A DNA stretch of 63,719 nt, counting the filler, from Albugo candida (taxonomy: Eukaryota), in NCBI GenBank assembly GCA_040437565.1. It is 16 parts of 16 records of this genome, joined end to end, with 100 filler letters (N's around TTAATTAATTAA, not from the genome) between each part and the next. Parts side by side here need not be neighbours in the genome. Positions count along the whole stretch, not along the records: positions 1 to 4,207 come from JBDOQK010000188.1; positions 4,308 to 8,418 come from JBDOQK010000189.1; positions 8,519 to 12,538 come from JBDOQK010000190.1; 13 more parts are not named here. One strand, given 5' to 3'. The first letter of the stretch is position 1, and each line of letters opens with the position of its first letter. Made by a program: the position numbers and the translations under genes. This document shows positions 1 to 12,638 of the stretch, piece by piece. The notes under the pieces were generated by a model that was given only the letters and a program-made list of their open reading frames with translations, did no database searches and was not told the DNA's origin.

Positions 1-667
1 TCACCCATTAAAGGACTTCCTTATCGTAATGAGGGAGCGTTTTGCGGCTCAGATACCGCCCTGATTAGGCCAGCTTCAATTCATCACTCCAAATCTCTCC
101 GCATGCTTGTTGGGCATGTAATAGCTGCCGCAAGAAACGATACCCCCTTAAGTAAACAGCGCTTTAAGACCGTAGTATGTTTACTCCCCGTCGAATGGCT
201 AATTTGCGAGCTTTATATCCCTTGCTGACGGAATCTGACTCTGTTGATCCCGTGCAGAGTATTTTGTTGCATCCCATGGACAAAGCTTCTCCTCATCCCG
301 CTTTCATGATGCTGCATCGGTTTCGCATCCAGGGATGACACTGTCAGACCCTGTCCTTTGTTGCTTGGTCCAGCTAATACGCCTCCCCTTTCGAGCGGGC
401 GGTGGTTCTACTGGATATCCGACGCTCCGCTCGGTTTTGATCTTATCCAGTCGATTTCCTAGCATCTCCAGAAGCAGTATCATTCGGTCCATCTTCGACT
501 CATCTGATCCGTCGGATTCTTTCATGGTCTTGGGTGGTTGATTCTAGATTGGGCTCAGAACCTGTTCGCAAGTGAGCGAAGACCGTTGCTTTGATCCTAA
601 CCAATTGTTTAGAGTAAGTATCAAGTGCGCTCAGAAACCTAAAGCACATTCTTAAATCTTTCCAACA
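1..667 (-). mobile_element. Degenerate Ty1/Copia LTR retrotransposon 5' end (LTR, PBS, gag remnant)
   Basis: Minus strand: a 105-bp LTR-like unit TGTTGG...CGAACA (667-563) is followed directly by GGTTCTGAGCCCA (562-550), resembling the Copia GGTTATGGGCCCA primer-binding site. Then come an ORF from 525 and a stop-riddled frame (PFDGE*TYYGL...RFLRQLLHAQQACGEIWSDELK...GRYLS) resembling oomycete Copia gag. Confidence 0.75.
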
Positions 668-935
668 ATAGGGCCTACGGTCGGTTGTATTAGCGCATTC
701 GAATTCATATTGACAGAAGCAGCCCAGAGAATGAGACCCTCGACCGTAGAGTTGGATCCAATCAAGTTGAAATTACTGGAGGGAGGATAATGGCTTGTAT
801 TTTTGCATGAGACATCTAGCCTTTCATCCAAGGTCTTTTGTTATGTTTCGCCCGAATCTGGATTAAAAGGTCTAAGCTGCTTTAAACCATGATGAAGGCC
901 AGCAACGGCAAATTAAATCACGTTAGCGGGATGTT

Positions 936-1400
936 CTAATGATTTAGTTGCCCTGTTGCTGCTTTTGAGTACGAAGAAGCATAGAGACAGGAATCAATGA
1001 TGCATTCCAAATTGGTACGTGTCTCAAAGATTCGAACGGAAAGAGTGAAACTCACTGAGGATTTACATTTTGAAATTTTCCCACCTGCTGACTTGATGAC
1101 GTCTTTGAGGACAAAATCTTGCTTTCTTGCTACTTGCTTGTCGATCAGTTTGGGAAAGCCGGTCGGAAGCTTTTCCATACTGTCCAGGTATGTTCTTGCA
1201 TGGAATTTTACTTTTCGTTTGTGGAATCCCGAAGTTGTCTTTTCGGCTTTGGCTTCGTCGGCATCACAATCAACGTCAGTATAATTATGTCTATCGTCTC
1301 CGTTTGCAATTTCACTATTCTCCAAGACACCGTCACGGCCATATATAGTGACTTGAGAGACGTATATTTGCAGTAGACTGGTTAATTAGTCATTTTACGG
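936..1400 (-). pseudogene. Decayed gene for a probable secreted protein of unknown family
   Basis: A 129-codon open stretch is preceded in frame by a hydrophobic segment (LLQIYVSQVTIYG) with a disrupted start; stops follow downstream. No family recognised. Confidence 0.3.
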
Positions 1401-3650
1401 TAATAAAAGCTTAATCATAGTTCAGCCAAATTCTGCAATGCAGTAGCCTCAACCCGAAAATATAAGACTGTGTCTATCGTGTAAATGGTAAAAAAGCTGT
1501 CTCTTTCCAAACCAATCGTGATATTCAAACTTACTTAAGGCACACTGGGCTGAACGACGCCCTCCAGCTAGTACTAGGATCGGACTTGCACTTGAAATTC
1601 AATTTTTCTGTGCCGTGCCCGCAGCAATGATCTTCGACTCCTGTGAAGACCATCAGATGATCCTTTCGTTGCAAGTTTTATTCAACGCTGTAAGAAGCCG
1701 AATGCGTTCGCCTTGATCGTAGGACTGTCTTTGAAATTACCGAGCGTGCGGAGTAAGCGTGGGGTGGACTGCGGAAAGTTCTGAAAGTGTGGGAGTTGCT
1801 GTTCGCTGATGTAATAAACGACGATTCCGATTGGTCCAGACAAATAGCAGCGTCACTGCTTTCAATTCAAGCCACATATCGATATAATGTTATGATATTC
1901 GTTTCAATCTGGCCGCATTGTTGGAACAATTGCACATGCAATATGCGTCCAACGTGGTCGAGAGAAAAAAACCTAATCCCAAATAGGGTGTAACTCCCTC
2001 CAAAATTGTTCTGTATCATAGGACTCTAGAAAGAAATCCTGATCGGAACAGATGAGTCTTAGTTGGTTTGGGGGGGGGGGTTCCAGACATTTGTGAGAGT
2101 TGAGAGCGTGGAAAAAATGAAGGATAATGTTTCCGCACCTTTCTTTGCGATACCCCATAAAACGATCTGCCACCTTTATTTGGTTGGATCCAAGTAATGA
2201 GCTCAATCGTCTAGTAAATACGCTGGAATGTCTGAGTGACTTTATTGGTAACTTGAGTCAATGACTTTCTTCTAGCCCTTTCCGACGTGTTCATCTCTTC
2301 GTCGTTGTATTATATCTCAAAAAAAATCTTCTTTCGGTGGTCATGTATCACTTTTTCGAAGAAAGCCTTGGAGACTTCGAATTCCAAAAAGATTAGCAAA
2401 CGATTTCAGAAACGTCCGATGTTGTTCGTCCACCACACAGTGATTACGTATCGTCTGCTTCAGCGCAGTTAAGTCGTTAGGTAATATTAGTTTCCTTTAT
2501 GTGAGTTGATGATGAGACGTAGTGACCCGTTGGGGCGGTAAAATGAGCTTTCACAAAAATGATATCTTCAGTGCCGATATTTTTAAAACAGAGCTTCAGG
2601 GAGATAACGTCAATGTGGATATGACATCGCTGCTTTTATTGGTCAACAGAGAAGCGAAAATGTTCAGTGTGTGTTCAAACACGAGAGGTTTCAAAGCAAC
2701 AAAGATAGTCTTGTCAAAAAGCTATTAATATGCTGATACAGCCGAAAGATCAGGATATGAAAGTGAGTGATCCATGCCGTAATTTGTTGCACAGCTTTAT
2801 AACGGGCTTTTGTCGTCACCCCAAAAAATCTCAGAAGGCTGTTTTCCAATGCTCGATACTAACCAATAATGTACGTGTCGCCATAGAATTCACATGAGAG
2901 CTTATTATTCGTTCAAGAACAGCCGTTCACACCTTACACTTCAATTGCTGATGCTACCAAATACAGGTCACGATGCTGCCGATGATACGCTATATCGTAT
3001 TGAATGTTGGGAGTCGGAGACTTCAATGCTTTTCTTAGAAAGCATGAAATTTTAACGTAAGATCTGTCTGGAGAGCAAATGTTTCCAAAGTCATGTGCAC
3101 GTGTGCGAACCCGAATTGCTTCTTAGTGAATAGTTCGCTCAAATCTCATAATCGAAACGTCGACGTCGTAAACTTTTACGATCGGTCGACTTCCAGTAGC
3201 CATGTCATGAGCACAATCCGACGACATATTTCTTAGATGAGATCCTGACGAAATATAAATCTTCCAAGTGCGTGACTCGATTACGATACTCTGAAATGAA
3301 CGCTTCTACCAGTTCGGTGGAGAACAACAGATGTCACGGTACCACATTTTTATGTGACATTTTCGATCGGCACGCGACGACAAGAACTATCCGGAGGGCG
3401 AAAAAAATGCTTGGAAGAGTTCTTCATATGCTTCAGGTGATAGTCGAAGCTTTCATCTTGTTTGTATTTCGCGTTGTTTTCGACTGGAATCCTAAATTGT
3501 TGGAGACTCGGTTCGTAAAAATACCGTGACTCATTGATGCGTGTAACAACCTCTATTGTAAATGCACACATATTTCTACATGGTTGAAGAAGTGAATAAG
3601 CCAAGCAGATAGGTGAACCAGGATTCTTTATCTAAAAATCTCATTTTTTC

Positions 3651-4207
3651 TGTTATCAAATAGAGCTCCGCCAGCAAATATCTTCCTTTGCTCCATCTCC
3701 CTTCCTCCTGCCGTCGTTACAACTGGTACCACCTGTTGGGCATATAAATCAAAGTTCGTTGGTCGTCTGAAGGAGTTTTTCTTACGCGCTGTTTAGTGTC
3801 ACTACATTAGGAAAGCCGCTCGCCGAGTGTTTGTCGTTTGTTCCGGCTCTATTTGGTTGGACTTTATTTTGTTTCTTAGTTATCATGACGTCATTCTACC
3901 CCAAGGATGGTCCCTCGACGCCAACACGAAAACATTGATCGAATTAGTCTAAAAACAACAGCAATTGCTTGAAGTTATGACCGAGCGTGAAATAAAAGTT
4001 GAAGGGATCAGCTTACCTCAATTGCGTGGTAAAGTAGGCGAGTCCGTGGATCTGTACTTTGAGCAACTGGATTAGTTCTTCGAAGCAAAGAGTATCGACT
4101 GGCGGGATGTCAGTCGAAATGCTCGTATTTTGGCAATCACGACCACCAATTTCATAAGTAATGCCGCATCTTGGTACAAGTTGAACAAGCCTTATATCAA
4201 AGACATG
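3651..4207 (+). mobile_element. Degenerate Ty3/Gypsy LTR retrotransposon 5' end (LTR end, PBS, gag remnant)
   Basis: LTR-type end ...CGTTACA at 3721, then TGGTACCACCTGTTGGG (3724-3740), complementary to a tRNA 3' CCA end. A gag-like frame follows: KVEGISLPQLRGKVGESVDLYFEQLD*FFEAKSIDW...NAASWY, with in-frame stops. Cut by the contig end. Confidence 0.75.
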
Positions 4208-4307
4208 NNNNNNNNNNNNNNNNNNNNNNNNNNNNNNNNNNNNNNNNNNNNTTAATTAATTAANNNNNNNNNNNNNNNNNNNNNNNNNNNNNNNNNNNNN
4301 NNNNNNN

Positions 4308-5100
4308 CTGCGTCATGGTTTGAGACAGCAAAGGCCTACTTCTTTGACATACAGTAGGATGGTTTTTATCATGTCCAAGAAGTTTCTCGGTTCGTTTGCA
4401 TTTGCGCAAGAGCAGATGTACATATCCGTTGAAATGTCGGGACGCCCGGAGCCCACTACGCTCTCGAAATTTGCTTGCACGTGCTTTTATTCATTGTATC
4501 TCAGAGGCTTCTTTTGTCGCGGCTTGTATTCTTCATTGGGTCAAAGCCGCAATAGTGAAGCAGTTTCCACATAACTGGAGCAAGATGGTGTAGGAGTCCA
4601 TCCCGAACGCATTCCTTACCACACTCTATCTAACTGCTCCGTCAGAACTGATTTGCTACAAGGCACCACAGCAACCTGTCATCATCCAAACTGAAAATGA
4701 CTTCCTTTCAGAGTATGTTCGATCATCTCTCACAACTACAAGTGAATCCAGTCCAAGACCCATTCCGATGAAACGCAATCTTCTCGTTGGATAATATCAA
4801 TTTCCACGGTGTCTCGCAAAAGTAACTTTGATTCTGTGATGTTGGCGCAGGCCTCTTACAAAAAATGCCTCGCTTGCTATATTTTGATGACTCATCAACT
4901 GCCTTTCGCGTTCATGCTGGTCTTGAATGTAGCAAGGACTTAATAATTGAATCCGCTTCAAATCGTTGAGACTGGAGAGTATTTCTTTGCAGTTGCGGTT
5001 GTGAATTCTCTGTCAGGCGCCGACATGCTTTAGAGGCACATCAGCAGCGCAGCCAAGCGGAAAGCATGGTGGAACAAGTAAGCAGCACACATTCTCAGTG
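4308..5100 (+). pseudogene. Decayed Cys-motif gene (YxxCxxC module), possibly an Albugo-type secreted/effector family
   Basis: The frame of 4320 carries KFACTCFY and ASYKKCLACYIL (around 4857) between several stops and frameshifts. Confidence 0.3.
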
Positions 5101-8100
5101 AGAGGCAGCCGGTTCGGAATCAGGCACTTATGGATCCTAATGTTGTGTGATTTGATACTTTAAATTCAAATAGTGTGGTTGCTCCTTCGATAGATATTGA
5201 GTTAGCATTGGAAAAACACTATTTTACCAAATTGGCCTCGCCTTGGTGTATCATTTGATCTCTGTAGGTCTTTTGCACTCTTTCGCTGCTATCGTTAGCC
5301 TTTCCGTGATGAAAGTGAAAGTGATATTTGCAATGAATGTGGCGGTATATGCTTTTTGAACGATCGTTTACGTGGAGCTTCGCGTCGATTTTATTCATCG
5401 TTCCATCCTGAGGGCTCGATGCAGCAATAAGGTTTTCGGCATGTACGGAACCTTGAATGGTGGAACCTGCGAGAGTTGGTAATATGTCTTGCTGTCGAGA
5501 GTCCTTCAATGCGGTTGCCTTATCTTCTTATCCTGCTCCAGTACAAGATTACGGCCAGCATGTAATAAATATTTTTCCCAGATGTACTGTACAGTGTCTC
5601 CCAAATTGAGGCACAACACACTACGCTGGATACGGCCATCCAACTAGGACAAGGCTTTCGATGTGTACATTAACGGACACCACACAATGTTACCTGTTTA
5701 TGTGATTTAAAACGGTAATTCACTACTTGTAAATGCTGCATCCACACTTGATTGGGCCGAGTGTCCATGTGCCGGAAGCATTACCGTAAATATTTTGACA
5801 GTTAGTGTGGTGCACTCAGTCTCATGCGAAACAAATGGAACTAACGCTAGCAAGGGTGCAATTTCTAGTGCGGGTGTGGTACATGCACATAATATGATGG
5901 TTCTTCTCCTCGTTTGCGGTGTACACTTCTGTTTCGACATCAAATACCCTCCTACAGACTTTCTTAGCGAGCATATATTGTATTGACATTAAGCTTGTCC
6001 AGCGCACTCCATCTCTATATCGCAGGGTTGCCCAACCTTCACTCGGTCATCCCGTTTTTCGTCATTTGTGGTGAATGCGGTAGCTGCTTCATTTATGAAG
6101 GCGAGTTTCATGCCTCTAGAATTTCGATCTCTCACGAAGGAGCAGTATCTTGTTCCATTCGTATAATTAACATGACGTTAAAAAGAGCTCGACTACGGAA
6201 GATGATGACTGACAGTTGCTTGAAATGCATATTTACAAGAAAGCAATTAGAATATGAATTGATAATTCTCCAAAATTCAAAAACTCATAAATAGGTAACA
6301 TTTGCCCTTCTCGCCCAATAATGCTATAGTGAGGCTCACAAGTAGATCGGATATATTTTGTATCCAAAGCGTTATCGAAATCAAGTCAAATTAAATGATA
6401 TTGAAGTCAGAGCTTCAAACATAACGGTGTAGAATTCACTTGTGATATTGAATGTGTGGTTAATGACCGCTGCTACAACTTGACTTCATACTGTTTGTGG
6501 ATACCATACACACTCTTCCACGCAAAGAATATAAATTACAGCCAATCAAATTTATTCTGAAAGTGATTTTTTATTACTTGATATTTGTAATGCTGAACTG
6601 ATTTCTGGTTTCTCGTCCGAGTCCAATCCCGATACTTCAGGCACTAGAGACATTTTCGTTTGTAACATCATAACCTTGCGGAGACAGAATGTGAAGGAAG
6701 TACGATTGGAATTTTCAAAAGCAATCAGATGATCTAGTGTCCTGTTTAGATAAAGAGCGAAAGATTGGATGAAATGAAAGAGTGCTTTAACTTGAATTAA
6801 TTTCTAGACCTAGAAGGTATAAACGCAGATACGTTCGCGTTACGGTGTTTTACTGTCCGACAAGATAGAATGTAAAAAAGTCGGTGAGTCAGGTCTACCA
6901 GTAATACGCAGGATGATATTGAGGTTCTCTATTTTAAAATGCAGACGTGTAGCATACGTTTCAGTATTGGTATTAGTTATGCGAATGTATGTTAAATGAA
7001 AGGGAATAATCGAAGAGGAATACCTGGGGTCACCACAAACTGATATTAATAGCTCAAAGAAATGACATATTGCAGGTCGTCAAGTTATAGAATACTATTA
7101 GTTAGTAACTATACCATCTCAGAATCTAGTGCTACTAAAGTTGGGTGGATAGGTACCGCGATTGTGCCTAGTAAAGGAATTGGCTTTGAAATAATACATA
7201 AGTACGCGGTCATCAGTTGAAATAAACGTTAATCTCTTCTCGATTGGCCAGGAATTCGCCTCAACCGAAGAAGGGTCCGATGAAATAGCACTTACGAGTC
7301 CTTTCGACAGCATACAACTTTAATTCTCGCCTCAGACGATCCAAGGCATGCTCACGAAATGAACGAAACGTGTTTAGAGCGCATCTAGCGTTTTCGACCA
7401 TCCACCCTCAAAAATCCTCTCATTGGAAGCGCTGTCAGATTGAGATGAAATGGAGAAAGAATCAACTCTTCCACCTACAGCAATCCGTCTTTGCGCGTAT
7501 GGATCACGACAGTTCGAAGAAGACCATCTGTCCAATTGATTTAATTGCCACTCTAATATATGTACACTATTTGCGTGGAAGAAGTTTACGTCGAAGCGAT
7601 TCAATGGAGCTCAACATCCCAATTCGCACAAACGATTTTTTGCTTCACGACGTTTCCACCTTTTGGAATCCCTTGATTGCTGGGGCACTCTCAAGCCCGT
7701 TTATTCCGTCTCAAGGGTTCATCGCCAATCAACAGCTCCAAAACGTATTCATGAAATTATTCCTCAGTCACCATAAAGATGTTGAATTGTTTCTCTGTGT
7801 GCGGTGTTTGGTTATGTGGCAAATCATCGTATCATATAGTGGTAATCGAGTTGAGTCGTCGCGTACTTTCGTGTATTGACATTTGGTGAGCTTTAGGGAA
7901 GTTCAATGAAGAATAGCAATGGTAGCAGCTGGTTTTATATTCGTGACTACTACGTGCACTTACATCGACTTGTCAAAGGAGCACCTGCAATTTCTTACAC
8001 TGTACATTCCCATCATTGTGTAAGGAGACTCATAGCGCTATTCAATCGAACTGATTTAACGCTTTGCAGAAACACAACAACTTGAGATAATATAAACACT

Positions 8101-8303
8101 TATATGATATCACAATACCATTTCATAATTGAATTGGGATCAAAAGTGTTGAAGAGAAGCGCGATAAAATCGGGTATCACGGAAAAAGAATACCAGCATG
8201 GCTAGTCTCATCTAGGATCTATTGGGTGCTATATCCTAGTGTAGACCGAAATAAGAAGCTAGTGTGGGAAACATTATGTACTTGATCCTACGTTTGGTCG
8301 ATA

Positions 8304-8418
8304 CGTACTTTGTCAAGGATTTCATTACACTATTTATCTGGTTCTTTAACTACCTTCCTTATCCTATCATGAGCCCCTGACCGTGTGAGTATCACTTAAG
8401 TCTGACTTCAAACCTAGG
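8304..8418. repeat. Terminal 115 bp of the LTR-like repeat also present at 17091-17205
   Basis: Reverse complement of 17091-17205 with 7 mismatches in 115 bp by manual alignment. Similarity stops at the same TGTAC/GTACA boundary. Confidence 0.9.
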
Positions 8419-9433
8419 NNNNNNNNNNNNNNNNNNNNNNNNNNNNNNNNNNNNNNNNNNNNTTAATTAATTAANNNNNNNNNNNNNNNNNNNNNNNNNN
8501 NNNNNNNNNNNNNNNNNNGAGACTAGATGCACTATTTACTCCCATGAGATCGAGAAGCAGAGAAAGATTTGAACGCCAAATTGTGTAATCACACTCGTAT
8601 CGATCTTCAATGGCTCTTCAGAGACTGTACATTATATATAGGAATTCCCTATATATATGGTGTTCTGCATTTTCTGCTTCTGTGAAGGCGATTCGTATAT
8701 TTCACGACATTAGTACATGATTTATATGATCTTTACCATGGATTTGTCTACCTTAAGAAGAGGACACGTTTCAGGATAGTTTATGTACTAACAGAACATG
8801 TCGCAAACCACTCTCTTTCAAGATTTATGGTTTTTGCATCTGACAATGTTGGAACATACCAAAACCTCTATTCAGCCAATAGCCAGGCTCTAGTGGCAAG
8901 TTAAGTGTGCCACTTATAAACATGTTCTCCTTGATGTCGATACGACTTACGCTAATCAAACGAAGTCACTGATAGCAGCCAAGAGTGCGGTTGATGATTT
9001 TTGGGGATCATGGCATGGTGGATTCTCTGTTCGCACGTCGTTCTGAAGAAAGTGGTAATTTACTAAAGCTAACCCGGTTATGCTTGAAACTTCTTTGAGT
9101 GAAAACATTTTTGTTTCTTACTCAGTTGCTCTGCTAAGTGATCCAACTAATGATTGACACGAATTCATATTCTTTGAGTCTATACCATACCTCTGCATCC
9201 CTTCGCATCGAAACGAAGCATTGCGGGTGCACACGATCTGATGGGCATTCTACTTTTGTCGTCCTCGCATCATCTACCTTTATTTGAGCTAGCAACTGTG
9301 CGCTAATGAGAAGTCTAGCTGTGGATCCCTTACCAAGACAAAGGTCTTTGCCAATACGTGAGTCGCTTATTCATTATACACGGTTCTCTCGACAACAATC
9401 CTAGAGACACAATATGGACATTCGTTGGTAAAC

Positions 9434-9665
9434 AGCGTTCACATGCTGTAAATGATTGCTACCATGACGTAAAATCTGCACTTTTATGTCGTATCATGTN
9501 NNNNNNNNNNNNNNNNNNNNNNNNNNNNNNNNNNNNNNNNNNNNNNNNNNNNNNNNNNNNNNNNNNNNNNNNNNNNNNNNNNNNNNNNNNNNNNNNNNNA
9601 GCGTTCACATGCTGTAAATGATTGCTACCATGACGTAAAATCTGCACTTTTATGTCGTATCATGT
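9434..9665. repeat. 66-bp exact duplication flanking a plain 100-N scaffold gap (unmerged contig overlap)
   Basis: 9434-9499 is identical to 9600-9665; the gap 9500-9599 has no linker. Confidence 0.9.
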
Positions 9666-11827
9666 CTCTGTCACCTCCACGTGAGATATAGCAAAGGATA
9701 TTTACTGCTGATATGTCCACATGCATAGTGTAATGCCATATTTCACTACGGATACAGCGCTTCCCAGTAAAAGTAATTAAATATTATGCGAGGCAGGAAG
9801 TAGAAGCATGGTCCAATATCGTTTTCTGTTGTTAGCCTTGCTTCATGATGGCACAGATACGTTATGGCACCGGTACACCACGGGGCGGTCATCTAATCAA
9901 GTTGTCTTTTGCAGGGTCACAAGCACAGTTGTGAACGGGCGTCTGTAATGCCGAGCCAAAGATTCAATCTATATGATATCGCATGATATTGGATTATAGA
10001 AAATTTTGCTATCTGGGCTTGTCGACATCCAAATTTCTATTTTGATTGCTGTCATTCTATCTCAAATTATGGAGACAGCAAAGAGCGAAATTTAGTTTGT
10101 TGGATCTCGCGCAATATTATTCAGGATCTTTATAAATGAGCTTGAATGTTCCAAAAAGTAGAAGCCATTTTCCGCACCTGATTGACCCGATAACTGCTCC
10201 AGCATCCATTTGAGAGTCTAAAACGCTTCAATGATCTACTTATGCTACCTCCCGATAAATTCTTCACGCGAGGCTGAAAAATCTAAATCTTGCATTACGT
10301 CTCTGTACGCGATCACGACAGGCATGCGAGCTGACATGTTCTTGACGCCAGATAGACCTAACACGAGCTGCTGTTTATGCATGTATCCAAAGATGTCTCG
10401 TTTGTAATGGTCTGGAAATCTTTCGTCGATAGAGAAATTAGGAGGCTACTTCTTGTGGCTCCTGGGAGACAGACGGTTATATATAGCGCTATAAGATTTT
10501 CTAAAGAAGTGTCATTAGAACGAGTTGGAACATTCTTGAAAATATCCTTTGTGTTAGTCTGAATGATGCTGTCTGTGCAATGAAGCGACGGTATATGAGA
10601 ATAAATAGCAAATTAAGTATGAGCAAGATGGCTTAGCCTGCAAATTTTTAATCTGGTGACGAAATGGGAGAGGTCATGCAGGAGTTAATGAAATCTCTCA
10701 TGAATGCATGCAAGCGGTGATTGATATCAAAGGAAGATTTACAGCATGATAAAATGGCCGTGTGAAGTCTCTATCCAGAGAGAATATGTGTGAAAATGTG
10801 AAATGAAAAAGAATATTACAAAAGGCTTTGTAGAACGCTGTACTGCACACATCGTTCGTAAGCTATCTAGGGCGCAATCGAAACAAAATCTCCCGTAGAA
10901 TCTTGACAGTAATCGAGTGATACATATCTTCTATTGCATGAAGATTAGAATTTCTCTACATCAAACGAACTAGTTCCAAATGATTTTGCTCTTCGTTCAC
11001 ACCCGTTGCCTTGTCACTGTGTTGGATCTACTCTCTGTGAATCAGTAGCGTTACGGCCGGAATGTCATACGTAGTTGACTTCAATTTCTTGTTTAATCAC
11101 TGCTCAGCAGCGGTCAGATCGATGTCGATCGAAATCTGGTTTCCGAGAAATGTGAAGTTACAATTGCGTAAACATCGTTTTTACAATTTGTTGGAACTGA
11201 CAAAGCGCCGTTAGAGCAAATGCAAATTTCACATCACGTGACGTCCACTCGGGTATGTTAGTGATAAGCAGCTAAAGATCACCACAGCACGGTCTACCCC
11301 TTTGCCCCGTTACGAATGCTTATTGCGAAGAAAACGATAGGACTTCTCTTGTATCAGCAAAGCAAGCATCTTGCCTTAGTTAATCTATATATGGAAAAAA
11401 TGACCAATTCGTCGGAACAAGGGGATTTTTCCGCAGTTTTAGCTTGGTGATGGGTTTTTTAGCTATTGCCTTTGCAAAGGGAGCTTCCCCAGCTTAATTT
11501 TCACATCAGATATGGTGGCTCACGAATGAGACATTTTACGTATCTTCAAGTTTCAATGACTTTCTGTACAGTTATCAAAATTCACACATGTTGAAACAGA
11601 GGTAAAGATTTGTAAATCGTATCCCGAAAGCTCGATTGTAAGCAATTAGATTTCCTATGGCTATGTTCCGGGTGTCAATTAGTTTTATCTGCTTGTAAGC
11701 ATTGGCGTTCAATAATCGTGCGCCAGCGAATTTGATTTATTTTGTTCTTGCACTTTCGATCGTGCTTTGCGGCATCATAAGCCAAGCAAGATCATAGCGA
11801 GCACTAAAGCCTGATTTCATGTTTTAG

Positions 11828-12538
<711 letters not shown>

Positions 12539-12638
12539 NNNNNNNNNNNNNNNNNNNNNNNNNNNNNNNNNNNNNNNNNNNNTTAATTAATTAANNNNNN
12601 NNNNNNNNNNNNNNNNNNNNNNNNNNNNNNNNNNNNNN

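Noticed and set aside
4252-4263. TTAATTAATTAA recurring about every 4 kb as a biological periodic motif
   Set aside because: Always centred in exactly 44+44 Ns; it is an artificial six-frame stop linker.
7370-7879. 169-aa plus-strand ORF
   Set aside because: GTG start and no family motif; it overlaps decayed minus-strand coding-like sequence.
9434-9665. 66-bp direct repeat as a biological duplication or TSD
   Set aside because: It flanks an N gap exactly, as expected for an unmerged contig overlap.
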